Notes: generated from the letters alone by a model not told the origin. DNA of 62,941 bases, filler included, from Rozella allomycis CSF55 (GCA_000442015.1; 17 parts of 17 records of this genome joined end to end with filler, not necessarily neighbours in it); one strand, 5' to 3'; shown: positions 50,099 to 62,941, numbered from the whole stretch's first letter. Translations and numbers: made by a program.

Positions 50099-50208
50099 NN
50101 NNNNNNNNNNNNNNNNNNNNNNNNNNNNNNNNNNNNNNNNNNTTAATTAATTAANNNNNNNNNNNNNNNNNNNNNNNNNNNNNNNNNNNNNNNNNNNNTT
50201 TTCTTTAG

Positions 50209-50292
50209 AAAGCAGTTTTGACGACTGAAGATTTGACTTCTGCCTTGCAAGATCATGGAATTAGTATAAAGAAACCAGATTATTATGTTTAA
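50209..50292 (+). CDS. TAF10: TFIID/SAGA subunit TAF10, last exon
   Basis: KAVLTTEDLTSALQDHGISIKKPDYYV* after an AG acceptor. Confidence 0.85.
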   Translation, partial: KAVLTTEDLTSALQDHGISIKKPDYYV

Positions 50293-50335
50293 TTAATAAA
50301 ATTCAGATTAATATGTAATAAAATGAATGCGATAT

Positions 50336-52206
50336 TTATTTTCTTTTTATCAAACCTTTCATCATGTCGAATGAATTGCCATCCGGGCCGAGCAAGACTG
50401 TTTCATTCTTCCAACCAGGAAGTACTTCAAGCAATCCTCCAATCTTCTCGCAAATCAGAAAACCATCCTTGTCGATTCCTTTTATAAAGAACTTGTCCTG
50501 ATTGAATTCATTTAAAGTGACCTGTTGATTTCTATAAGAGAATAATGTACAATATTACGAATGTAGCCAATATGATTCATATAATTTAAAGGGGAATCCA
50601 GTAGTGATCATTTCATAGTAAAGTTCTTCAAAAGCGTTAAAGAATAATGCAAGACAAATCTCTCTGCTAAAGTTCACAGAAGAAGAAACCAACTGCTTGA
50701 TTGAGATTGAAGGGGAATCGTTTTCAACATTCAATCCAACCCCTGTGATAAGTTAAAGATTAAATTACCAACCACTAAAGTAAATAAATCGCCGTCAAAA
50801 GTGGAATTTACAATTATGCCACCAATCTTAAGCAACTTCCCATCTTTCTTTGCATAAATGTCGTTTGGCCATTTAATAAATACAGCAAGACCCTAGAAGA
50901 AGAACCTTCTGTTGTCTTACTGGAATTATTGATTTCAACCCATGAACAACTGAAAGGGCCACCAAGTACTGCAAAAGATTTGGAGATTTCAAATCCAATT
51001 GGCTCGTCTTTAAAAGAAATGAAAACTGAAGGCACCCCTTGTTTGAAATCCACGTGTTATTTCCCCTTCCCCGCCCTTGAAATTGATTATCAGCTATGAG
51101 AAGGGATCCATTGGGCAAACNGGGATCCATTGGGCAAACCTTCTTGCAGGTAACAAATAAATTTATTCCAAGAAACTCATTTACCTTTGCATTATTGTTT
51201 GAGTAGACGAAAGAGAATTTGAACACAAAATAGTTTGACCAAACCATTTTGACATCAAATGCCGTTTATAAGAATTTACATCAAAATCTGTAGTTTTCTT
51301 CATATCTTTAACAAATATCACATCAGAAGAATCAACCTGTGCTGGTAACGCTTTAATTTCCTCTCGACTGTATTTCTTCATGACGTAAACGTAAATCGTC
51401 ATGTTTTTCTGCAAATAAGTGATTTCAGTTGCTAAATTCGCAGAAAGATTTAATTTATCAAGCAAAAAGATGAAAAATTCATTCGATTCCTTCCGAGTCT
51501 TGACAATTTTTGTATTATCAAACAAATTGTCTTCCCATTCGATTTCTGGATCGTATTCAGGATGAAATCCAACCAACAACGCTCTACCCATTCCATATTT
51601 ACAGCAAATGGCAGCTGGAAGAGTTTTGAATTTATTCAACTCGCTTTTTATTCCACTCATAAGATTTATTTGATATTCTGAAATAATTTCAAAGGAATCA
51701 ACATCAACATCTTGCCAAGGAGAAAAATAGCATCCCCCATTATAGTACGCATAAAAGTGATGCCCGAGAGGAGAGGAAACCAACACTTGCATCATCCCAC
51801 TTTCCTTTTTGTATTCAAACCCTTCATTCAAACAACCAATAGCCTTTCCTTTGAAAAACTTTAAATTTCTTTCCCCAATCACACTGTTACTAGTATCTCT
51901 TTCAAACTCGATTTGACCAGAAGCAAAATACCCACCCGCACAAATTCCAAAATACTTTCCTCCTTGGAAAATGTAGTTTCGTATCTTTTCGGTGGCTACA
52001 GGATGTAATTTTGACTGATAGAACTTGTCTTCGCCTCCAGGAATCACTAAACATGCACAATTATCTTGCCATGGTTCATTGCATAATTGCTTTGCATTCA
52101 CTGTATGCACATCATATTTTTTATTTAAATAGAGTTTCAGTGAATACAGAGTATGTTTTAAGGAGTTTGTAGATACACCCAAGTCGTCATACACCAAGAC
52201 ATTCAT
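50336..52206 (-). CDS. BPL1: Biotin-protein ligase, copy B (complete)
   Basis: Same motifs as copy A; C-terminal PDGNSFDMMKGLIKRK*. Confidence 0.95.
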
Positions 52207-52320
52207 TGAAAGATAATGAANNNNNNNNNNNNNNNNNNNNNNNNNNNNNNNNNNNNNNNNNNNNTTAATTAATTAANNNNNNNNNNNNNNNNNNNNNNNN
52301 NNNNNNNNNNNNNNNNNNNN

Positions 52321-53298
52321 TGCAGTTTTGGACTTTTGCTAGATACAATTTTAAACAATTTCAGAGAGGACATTGGATTGTTTGAAGATTATATGCTAAT
52401 AGTGCGACCAAAAGAATCCGAAGGACCAGATTTTGTGCTATTGTATCAATCCCAAGAAAAGATATGCTTTGTCCAGGGGCAAAACAAAATTTACTGCGAA
52501 AGTCTTTCTACCCCATTGGTTTTTGACGCAATATCGTCGTTAAACTGGACTACCTGCATNAGGCCAAAAAACAGTAATATTTATTAACGCGTGCAGTTTT
52601 GGACTTTTGCTAGATACAATTTTAAACAATTTCAGAGAGGACATTGGATTGTTNGGGCGATAAAACAGTAATATTTATTAATGCCTGCAGTTTTGGACTT
52701 TTGCTAGATACAATTTTAAACAATTTCAGAGAGGACATTGGATTGTTTGAAGATTATATGCTAATAGTGCGACCAAAAGAATCCGAAGGACCAGATTTTG
52801 TGCTATTGTATCAATCCCAAAAAAAGATATGCTTGGTCCAGGGGCAAAACAAAATTTACTGCGAAAGTTTTTCCACACCGTTGGTTTTTGACGCAATATC
52901 GTCGTTAAACTGGACTACTTGCATTGAAGATTCTTTACGGGTCGTAGCTGTTTACCCTGGTTTGATTTCCGGACTAAACAATTCTCAACAGCCTGAAAGG
53001 AAAAGTCCACATTTAAATGACTCAAACAGTAGCAATTACTTGATATTTGATAAATCCAATTTACACCTGATCATGGGAAACGAGAACAGCAAGTTGTTGG
53101 AGCAATTGAAGGAAAAGGACACTTCTGTTTTNTAGTCCGCGTTTAAATGACTCAAACAATAGCAATTACTTAATATTTGATAAATCCAATTTACACCTAA
53201 TCATGGGAAATGAGAACAGCAAGTTGTTGGAGCAATTGAAGGAGAAGGACACTTCTGTTTTAAGCACAATGTTAAATAGCCTTTTCCCTTACAAATAA
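52321..53298 (+). CDS. C-terminal fragment(s) of a protein with a REase-like motif (CR-REase type); several N-joined variants
   Basis: RPKESEGPDFVLLY....IC(F/L)VQGQNK resembles the P..GPD...VQxK nuclease motif. Confidence 0.45.
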
Positions 53299-53980
53299 AT
53301 ATTTTACGATAAGCGTTAATTTAAATAATTAATATTTACTTCCACATCTCAAAGGGGATGACCTGGAGACTGGAGTTTGGCCATCACGCCTATCTTTCGA
53401 CCCTCAGAGCAAAAACATCGATGAAAATAAGGAATACATTGAACGCAAAAGGATATAAAAATAAGAAATTAGACTGGGAGAGAGACGAGCGAAAAAGGAT
53501 GCAAAAGTTGGCTAACGCCAAAATCACCCCGGGTGTGACACACCCTGGACCAGGTAACAGGACATTGGTAAATTCTAGCAGCATACTAAAAAAAGTGTTA
53601 AATATCTTTCACAAGTGTATGATTGACAATTGGCGAATGGCGATGGCCTTGGTGTTAAGGATGTTTCAGACAATAGTTCGGGCTTTCATTATTTATGTGA
53701 AGACGGCGAGAAAATGATTAAGTGTGAAAAGGTAATATTTTTTAAAATATTATAGAAAACGATGGAGTCAAGGAACATTTTTGACAAGCGAACTCCTAAT
53801 ACAAGAAAATCAAAGTTAAACTGATCATGATGAAAATAAATTGAACGCATGAAGAACTAAATCATTTTAGTTATGTCCAGATAATTAGTCACCTTATTAT
53901 TTTTGAATCTTACAATGTGAAGATTTCAGCTTGTATTGGGAGATCGTATAAAATTATAAGAGGTAAAAGAAAAAATAGAT

Positions 53981-54481
53981 TTATTTTGGGTACTCCAACG
54001 TTATTTGTTCTTTCTTATCATTGATGTCATCGGAAGCTCTCAGAAAATCACCATCCCAATACCAGAACATTTTCTTGCCATCGTATTCAAAATCTACGGT
54101 CTTAGTTTTATCATCAGTGATCACAAACTTGTATTTAGAATTTTGTGTGTTGACGGGATCATTTGGCGCCCCGCACTTGACTAGTCCGACATATGAATCT
54201 CCAAAGAGTTTGCTTTGATTTATTAAGCAAAGATTGTTTCCCATAGCGAGCTTATCTTTTCCCAAGTAAAGTTTTCCTTGTTCGAGCTCGTAGAATGATA
54301 ATGCATCATTCATAGAGCAATCCCTTTTCACGATGTTTGTTACCGCCCCATCCTTTCGACCCAAACAACTGTTTCCTACTCTGACCTTTACCGGTATGTC
54401 AGTATTGCTTGTGGGCAATGCGCTAGCAAATGGAATAAGTGTAGAAGCAAGCAGAGTGAGAAGGATGGAGGTCTTTATCAT
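53981..54481 (-). CDS. Secreted ricin-B (beta-trefoil) lectin-like protein
   Basis: Signal peptide MIKTSILLTLLASTLIPFASA; paired Cys motifs SCL...VKRDC and NLCL...VGLVKC. Confidence 0.65.
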   Translation of the reverse strand: MIKTSILLTLLASTLIPFASALPTSNTDIPVKVRVGNSCLGRKDGAVTNIVKRDCSMNDALSFYELEQGKLYLGKDKLAMGNNLCLINQSKLFGDSYVGLVKCGAPNDPVNTQNSKYKFVITDDKTKTVDFEYDGKKMFWYWDGDFLRASDDINDKKEQITLEYPK

Positions 54482-54879
54482 GTTACAAGTAGGGGTAATG
54501 TTTCATCCTTTTATATTGATGGCGAACTATTATTAGCAACATTTACTAAAATTGAATGTTTAAATACAGCAATGAAAGGTATTTAAATCTGGACACCAAT
54601 CAAAACACTAAACAGATATTCATGACATAACTTACATCCATCTTGTTAATATTTGATGATAACCTATTTGAATAAATAATAATGATTATTATTTTAATGT
54701 TTTTTATTATGGACCACCAGATTTCCCCAGCATTTGNGTTCATGACATAACTTACATCCATCTTGGTAATATTTGATGATAATCTATTTGAATAAATATT
54801 AAATATTATTTTAATGTTTTTTATTATGGACCACCAGATTTCCCCAGCACTTGAATACAAGAACCAAGAAAAACCAGGC

Positions 54880-54895
54880 GGCCTTCAAAAAGGCC
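54880..54895 (-). promoter_or_regulatory. Histone 3'-UTR stem-loop (H3): GGCCTT-TTTG-AAGGCC
   Basis: 6-bp stem and 4-nt loop starting 20 nt after the H3 stop; GG..CC base and U-rich loop as in the SLBP-binding consensus. Confidence 0.8.
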
Positions 54896-54915
54896 ATAAA
54901 ACTTAACAAGAAAGC

Positions 54916-55812
<897 letters not shown>

Positions 55813-55836
55813 ATCAGTAATGGTTTAGTAATACTC

Positions 55837-55852
55837 GGCTTCTTTAGAAGCC
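55837..55852 (+). promoter_or_regulatory. Histone 3'-UTR stem-loop (H4): GGCTTC-TTTA-GAAGCC
   Basis: 6-bp stem and 4-nt loop 24 nt after the H4 stop; close to the metazoan GGCTCT-TTTC-AGAGCC. Confidence 0.85.
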
Positions 55853-56118
55853 ATTCCTTTTAAAGATATCACATTGTTTTTTGATGAAATAAAATCTGAT
55901 ACAAATATATTTCTTGTACTCGTTTAATAATCTCAGTTAAGTATATTTTTGACGGCGCCTTCAAGATCAATTAAGTCTGTGCCTTAAACGTCAATACATG
56001 TATGATTTGTTTTGCTTAGTACAATGTAGATAGATAGGCACGCCGTACACGTACATCTTAGGTCGAATCCTTTTTTTCTATTATATTTGAATAAAACGAA
56101 ATAAAAGCCAATGCATAT

Positions 56119-56299
56119 TTATTGAATCTTTTTAGAATCTTCTTTATGAGAGACGGTACGATTAAAGATCAAATGGTCGCTAGTAGAGTCCTTGTCAACG
56201 GTAAAGAAGCCTAAACGAAGAAATTGAAAGTGATCTTCTTTTTTAGAGTTTTTGGCACTAATGTCAACAAAAGCGGTTTTGATTTCGAGAGAGTTTGGA
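56119..56299 (-). CDS. GLN4: Glutaminyl-tRNA synthetase C-terminus
   Basis: PNSL..FQFLRLGFFTVDKDST..LIFNRTVSHKED. Confidence 0.85.
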
Positions 56300-56399
56300 N
56301 NNNNNNNNNNNNNNNNNNNNNNNNNNNNNNNNNNNNNNNNNNNTTAATTAATTAANNNNNNNNNNNNNNNNNNNNNNNNNNNNNNNNNNNNNNNNNNNN

Positions 56400-58301
56400 C
56401 ATTCAACAATGAACTCTTCAACTTGTAAATTGGCAAACTTTCTCGCTGCTCTTTAATACTCAAACTAGTTCTCTTGCCAAAACTAACATTCTTCCCCATC
56501 GCAGCAACTTTCCACTCCTGCGGTCCCTGCTGCATCGCCTCGTTTCTCACATCCTGCGCAAACCTTCTCTTCTCTGGTCCAGCCATCGGATCCAACCACG
56601 CTTCATTTATATTCTTGGCCTCTTCTTCAAAACTCTCCTTTGCTTTCAATGCTTTCATCTCCCTCCTCTCCTTGCCAAGCGATGTTCCTGACATGGCAGC
56701 TCTGTTCATAGATCCATCAGGATTCTTAACAACTCTAATCGGACTCAAATCTATAGTCAGTCTCGTTTGTCCTCTCAGAAACGCTGGCTCATCTTCTCGC
56801 AATTCAATCTCTACATCCTCCTCTACAACAGCGTCTTCATCGTCTCTCAAATCAAACTCTTCTTCAAGATCGGGAAATTCAGATGCTTTCACTATCCCAG
56901 AAGATATCATCTGTTTAATGTCCCATCGTTCTGGTGACGTTAGTCTCTTTCTTCTCTGTCTCTTCATTCCTTCATGGCTTCTATCCACATACTCATATGT
57001 NGGCTTTAAGTGCCTTCATCTCCCTCCTCTCCTTGCCAAGCGATGTTCCTGACATGGCAGCTCTGTTCATAGATCCATCAGGATTCTTAACAACTCTAAT
57101 CGGACTCAAATCTATAGTCAGTCTCGTTTGTCCTCTCAGAAACGCTGGCTCATCTTCTCGCAATTCAATCTCTACATCCTCCTCTACAACAGCGTCTTCA
57201 TCGTCTCTCAAATCAAACTCTTCTTCAAGATCGGGAAATTCAGANCTGTCCTCTCAAAAAAGCTGGCTCATCGTCTCGCAATTCAATCTCAACATCCTCC
57301 TCCACAACTGCTTCTTCATCGTCTCTCAAATCAAACTCTTCTTCAAGATCGGGAAATTCAGATGCTTTCACTATCCCAGAAGATATCATCTGTTTAATGT
57401 CCCATCGTTCTGGTGACGTTAGTCTCTTTCTTCTCTGTCTCTTCATTCCTTCATGGCTTCTATCCACATACTCATATGTTGTCGCTGATTCCTTTTCTTC
57501 CCTCTTGTCATTATATCTGCTGTCAAATTTATCTCTCGTGTCTTCTCTTCTATCTCTCCTATCATATCTTCCTCTGTCATCATATCTATCCACTCTGTCT
57601 CTATCTCTTCTATCATATCTGTCCCTATCTCTATCCCTATCTCTGTCTCTCCTATCATCATGTCTCCTATCTCTTCTATCATCATATCTGTCTCCTCTGT
57701 CTCTACCTCTTCTGTCATACCTATCTCTTCTATCATCTACATCCCTTCTATCATCTCTGCCTCTTTCTCTCCTCTCATCTTTAACCTCAACAACNGCTCT
57801 CCTATCATCATGTCTCCTATCTCTTCTATCATCTCTGCCTCTTTCTCTCCTCTCATCTTTAACCTCAACAACCTTCTCCTTGCCAACCTCCTTATTCCTC
57901 ACCCTATTCAACTCCTTCAAAACCTCATCCTCACTCTCCTCCTCCGAAGACACATACCCCTTCCTCCCATCAGGTATACACAGTCCAGGAAACCTCCCAC
58001 TCACTCCTCCACCATCCCTCCCCTTCCCATCCTTTCCTTTCCCATTCTTTCCACTCCCATTACTCTCTCCCTTCTTTGCCACAGTAACAATAATTCGGTC
58101 CAAATTCTCCAAAAAACTCTCACTAAACGACTGGTCAATACTCTTCATCTCGCGCACAAACGACGCAGTGTCCTTGCTCTCCTCGTGCTTGGCTAACACA
58201 AACTCCGCAACTGATATGTCGCTGATCTGGTAGTGGTTCTTCAACTCGGTTAGAACCTTGGACGTTACATTCAACGCTTCGAGTCTTTCCAAATCGGCCA
58301 T
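56400..58301 (-). CDS. PRP22: DEAH-box splicing helicase Prp22/DHX8, N-terminal half with haplotype duplications
   Basis: SKVLTELKNH, RD-dipeptide region, KRLTSPERWDIKQM, EPAFLRGQT..LSPIRVVKNPDGSM, SIKEQRESLPIYKL. Confidence 0.95.
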
Positions 58302-58429
58302 TTCAGAAATTTACTAGTTGGGATTTTGAAGTTGGAAGGGGTGTTGGGATGTTGAAGTTGGATGGGGAAGGAGAGAGTATTTTTGAAAGAAATAAGTATT
58401 TTGTAGGAAAAGATATTTTTTATTTATTA

Positions 58430-59879
58430 TCACCAGTAGATACAATTCTGGGAACACGTAAACATCCAAACGCGGATATTCGGATTGGACTCTCGTAAAA
58501 TCCCTGCATAATGTGCAGCATCTGATGTTTTGGCGAACCGAAAAGCATATTCTCTCCCATTAAGTTTGACCAGTGGCGGTGACCTTGTATTTGGCGGCAA
58601 ACTCGGCAATGCCGGTACTGGACCTCCATTAAGATCAAGCACAAGATAGACAGGGTCCAGTTTGGACTTGATTGTAGGATTCTCATCTAAATATATTTCC
58701 CACTGGATGAGGAAGGTTTGTTAACTAAATTGGGTCGTCACATGGCTGACTTTCCACTCGANTTGATGAAGTTGAAAGGAAAGAGTATTTTGTATGAAAA
58801 ATTATTTATTTTGTTATTATTACCAGTATATACAATTCTGGGAACACGTAAACATCCAAACACGGATATTCGGATTGGACTCTCGTAACATCCCTGCATA
58901 ATGTGCAGCATCTGTTGTTTTGGCGAACCGAAAAGCATATTCTCTTCCATTAAGTTTGACCAGTGGCGGTGACCTCGTATTTGGCGGTAAACCCGGCAAT
59001 GCCGGTACTGTACCTCCATTAAGATCAAGCACAAGATATACGGGGTCCAGTCTGGACTTGGTTGTAGGATTCTCATCTAAATATTTTTCCCATTCGCAAT
59101 AAAAGGCCAAATGCGTCGCAGCCGCTTCGGGTGTTGACTGACCAAGATCAACCGACGCTACGCCCGCCAAAACATCAATAACATTGTCTAACAAATCCTG
59201 CGGCCATTTGCTCCGAGATATCCGGGTTAATGGANTTACAAGACACTCGCCGAAAGCCAAATCGTCTTCATCCATCGATCATCCTCTCTCTTTAACAAGA
59301 ACCCTGGATGGGTCATCTACCACGAACTAGTCCTCACATCAAAAGAGTACATGCGAGNGCCATTTGCTCCGAGATATCCGGGTTAATGGAAGAATGGCTT
59401 CGTATAGTTCATCGGCAGTCGCATCTCTAATGTTCCGGCATTCACCGGGAGTCGTTGCAGTGGTGTATTCCTCAACTTTACGCATAATTTTGGACTCTTG
59501 GATGGAGTCGGGTACACCAAGCATCATCAGGACTTCTAAACGTTCGTCGGCAACTGACGCCTTCCACGTTTTAACTGGCAAATGAATAAGTGGTTGCAAA
59601 ATATCCAGCGCCTCTTTTTTGGTCCATGTTGATCTTTTTTCGTCTCTTGCTATTCTTCGGACAGATTCTAGTGATTGTGAATTGTTACGCTTCTTTGGTG
59701 GCATCANTTTCTAAACGTTCGTCGGCAACTGTCGCCTTCCAGTTTTTTACTGGCAAATGAATAAGTGGTCGCAAAATATCCAGTGCCTCTTTTTTGGTCC
59801 ATGTTGATCTTTTTTAGTCTGTTGCGATTCTTCTGAAAGATTCCAGTGATTGTGAATTTTTACGCTTTTTTGGTGGCAT
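58430..59879 (-). CDS. Multi-copy hypothetical protein (about 240 aa when fragments are joined), fragmented into several variants
   Basis: MPPKKR N-terminus (59704, 59879); shared overlap [10 protein letters not shown]; two C-terminal copies ending CSQNCIYW*. Confidence 0.55.
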
Positions 59880-60555
59880 CAGAAACCCCTGGCGTCTTTT
59901 GAGTAAGGTTTGAGGGTCTTTAAGCAGAGTGGTCGTTAATGGAGGGAGGTTATTAAATCAATAAAAAATCGCTTATAAAACAATTAACATATGGATTTTT
60001 GATTTGATGTTTTGAGGTGGGAGCATTAAATTTCAAGATGCTTGGTTAGAACTTCTGGTGCTGTTTAAAATTAATTGATATTCTCAACTTGATTTCAAAG
60101 TCAAGTTAATCAAAGAATTAGAACTCTTCATTTTACATGTTTCGTCCAAGTTTCCAACGCATCCAAACGTATCAAACTTACTTGACTTTTTGCATCGCGT
60201 ACAGTAAAGTCTATCATCGAAATCTGAAATTCAAGATTCCAATTCAAACTCTTCATAGATCATTAAGTCTCATGTGATTGTTTGCCTGTTAACGAAATTT
60301 CGTAAATGGTTAATNCATGGATTTTTGATTTGTTGATATTTTGCTATAAAACCAAGTCAAACTCATCAAAAACTCTTCATTTTACATGGGAATTTCAAGT
60401 TCCACCTCATCCAATCGGATCATGTTTACTTGAATACTTATTTTTTCCAGCGCGTCTAGTAAAGTATATCATCGTTCTGAAATTGAAGGTTTTAATAACT
60501 CTTCATAGATCATAAAGTCTCATGTGATTGTTTGCCTGTTAACGAAATTTCGTAA

Positions 60556-61182
60556 ATGGTTAATGCTACACCACTGCAAATTCACTGGCATTCAAAACAG
60601 CCAGTATATTCTGTTGACATTGATAAGTTCTCAAGCGATTTTAGAGTAGCGACATGTGGTGGAGACAATGCAGTTAGGGTAATTTTTTTCATCTGATGGT
60701 ACTAGGTGTGGAAAATAAAGGAAAACAACCAAGTAGAATTCCTTTCGACTCTAAAGAAACATGTAAAGGTTGTCAATGCAGTTAGATTCAGCCATCAAAA
60801 CAGTGTACTTGCGTCTGCTGGTGATGGTATGATTATTACTTGAAAAAGAAAGATGGATTTATTTATTTGTGGAAGAAAAATGAAGATGCTGTGATGAAAG
60901 ATAAAGATGAACAGGTTTTTGGAGATGACGATGATGATGTGACACTTAATACAGAGTTTTGGACGCCTTTTCAGACATTTAGGTATGTTTAAATGCGATG
61001 TTTGATAGATGTACGTCGATGGAGAATGTATATGATATTGCATGGTCGCCAAACGATGATTACATAATTGCTGGATTGACTGATTATAATTGTCAGATAT
61101 GGGATGTGAAGAGTGGAAAATTGGTTAGAAAAATAAGCGATCACAGTCATTTTGTACAGGGGGTCGCATGGGATCCGTTGAA
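60556..61182 (+). CDS. CAC2: Chromatin assembly factor 1 p60 subunit (Cac2/CHAF1B), WD40, 5' part
   Basis: QIHWHSKQPVYSVD, RVATCGGDNAVR/VW, VVNAVRF, VYDIAWSP, HSHFVQGVAWDPL; 27-nt intron 60679-60705. Confidence 0.92.
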
Positions 61183-61282
61183 NNNNNNNNNNNNNNNNNN
61201 NNNNNNNNNNNNNNNNNNNNNNNNNNTTAATTAATTAANNNNNNNNNNNNNNNNNNNNNNNNNNNNNNNNNNNNNNNNNNNN

Positions 61283-62357
61283 AGCTAAACAAAATTCGGA
61301 ATGTGATTTGGATACTATTCCATTGGCCTCTTGTCACGCTGACGGTTTTATTAGGTTTTGGGACACCGAACAGGGCTTGCTTCTGCATGAAGTAACTTAT
61401 TTGATCTCCATATTATTAGTTCAGATGTGAATCACTATACGATATGACCTTGACTTGCATGTATTATTGCAATCACACGTCCATATTAGCCATTGGCGAT
61501 TCTGTTGGTTTCATCAGGCTTATAAGTATCAAAGGCATGATCACAAGTCCAGGAATTGATTATCAATCAATAGTAAAAGAAATTGCGTGTTGGAGAGCGC
61601 ACTGCGAATTTATCACCCAGTAAAATATATCTATTAATTATCTTGCAGAGTTTCAAGCGTATTGTCTAATGGAAATCATTTCGTATTGACAGCCTCTAAA
61701 GACCATTCAATAAGGTTGTGGACTGGCACCGGCGATTTTGTAGGAACATTCGGACAAGATCAAACATGGAATCTACAGATCCCAGAAACTTATGAGCCGC
61801 TACCGCATGATGTCGCTATGGAAATGGAGCGAGATAAAGAAAGGAAAGCTGATAAAATCCGTGAATTGAACGAGAGCAAAATGACAGCAACAATAAATAT
61901 GTGGTCGAAAAGTAGCATAAAATATCCAATTTGATATTAGTGAGTCCTGTTAAAGAAGAAAACTTTTCCTCAAAAAGTCTGGAAAGAAAATTGTCAACCA
62001 AAATCGCTATGAAGAAAGGACAAGGTAATTTTAATTCAATGTAGAAAACGAAGACAAAGAACCCGATATGGATTGGAATGTACAACCTGATCTACTCATA
62101 AAGACTGGAGCCAAGGTAGAGATTAATTTTTGTGTTATCAGGCCTTCTTTTCATATGACGCTACAAATATATCTCGTACAAAGAAGAAGATATCGATTTC
62201 AAGATCAGAATCCGCTTATCATAATCTAAAATATCATAATTTAGAATCAGTTAATGCACCCGTCAAGACTAGTTCATCAACTTTACCAACCGCTGCTAGC
62301 GTCAAGACGTTGGAGTCAAAACCATTATATTCCTCTAAAACTTTCAATAAAATATAA
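61283..62357 (+). CDS. WD40 protein C-terminus (WDR49/WDR64/WDR95-like, cilia-associated family)
   Basis: CWRAH, LTASKDHSIRLWTGTGDFVGTFGQDQTW. Confidence 0.65.
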
Positions 62358-62422
62358 TTTTTCGCCTTTTGAACTTGAATTGAAAGGTGCAGTAAGAAAT
62401 AGAATATTTTCGTCTCAGCCAC

Positions 62423-62941
62423 ATGACCAAAAATTCAGCCATTTTGGCTCTTTTTCACAATAGCGTAGAAATCAATAATTTATATAAACTAGAAACCCGT
62501 TGAATTACCAAGCGTAAAAACGAGTGAGGTTAAGCCAGATTCTACTGCTGCGGACAGCAATAACAAGATGGACGATAAACCTGAAGCGTCGAACGAAAAT
62601 GACAAAAAAGATGAAGAAATATCAAAACCTAATGAACCAAGAAAACCACGTTCTAAAAAGTCAAAGAATAAGGATTCAATTGATAAATTGAAAAGGACCA
62701 TATTTGTTGGAAACTTACCTTTATCCGTTATAGAAAATGTAACAATAAGATATTTGAATCAGTAGAACAAAGATTTGAAATCTAGATTTAAAGTTCACGG
62801 AGAAATTGAATCAATCAGATTTCGATCAATCGTACCGTTACTATTTTTTTGTTTATAATAGGCATTTTCAACACCAAAGTCAAAGAAAATCGCTTTCAAG
62901 GCCAAGGAATTTCATCCCGAAAGAGATTCAACCAACGCATA
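62423..62941 (+). CDS. NOP12: Nucleolar RRM protein Nop12/RBM34, 5' part
   Basis: RTIFVGNLP, HGEIESIRFRSI/AFS, EFHPERDSTNA; 27-nt intron 62739-62765. Confidence 0.9.

Noticed and set aside
53358-53717. 119-aa ORF, and the Cys/His-rich ORF at 30290-30562
   Set aside because: No recognisable motifs and exon structure unresolved; not called.
55853-55870. U7 histone downstream element (AAAGA) after the H4 stem-loop
   Set aside because: No equivalent purine-rich element follows the H3 stem-loop, and a 5-mer is uninformative in AT-rich DNA.
57397-58233. Leu/Ser-rich 278-aa plus-strand ORF (also the 54952-55344 and 2440-3180 antisense ORFs)
   Set aside because: Shadow ORFs of low-complexity or conserved coding sequence on the opposite strand.

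Overview
AT-rich eukaryotic draft sequence made of about 17 unrelated short contigs joined by an artificial N44-TTAATTAATTAA-N44 linker. Many single-N joins stitch overlapping haplotype variants together, so adjacency across linkers has no biological meaning. The combination of 26-30 nt GT-AG micro-introns, fungal-type housekeeping genes, flagellum-associated genes, E2F-type promoter sites and many orphan secreted proteins suggests an early-diverging zoosporic parasitic fungus of the Rozella/Cryptomycota type (inference). Housekeeping content: TDA10-type kinase, Brc1/Rtt107-like BRCT protein, tRNA-Val(TAC), RPN9, UTP22, HSP104, ERV2, two BPL1 copies, TAF10 and GlnRS ends, an H3/H4 pair, PRP22, CAC2 and NOP12. 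Mobile content: an intron-containing DD35D pogo element with filled and empty TA sites, plus gypsy/chromovirus, copia, Helitron and tyrosine-recombinase relics. The strongest novelty candidates are (1) a signal-peptide-bearing HECT E3 ubiquitin ligase whose catalytic Cys is restored only by splicing, a candidate host-delivered effector; (2) intronless divergent H3/H4 genes that both end in animal-type histone 3' stem-loops and share a promoter with E2F and CCAAT sites; (3) a scattered effector-like set of Crinkler/RHS-type NTPase and REase modules and NLS-, Pro-, Tyr- and lectin-type secreted proteins. All assignments come from manual motif reading, not database searches.
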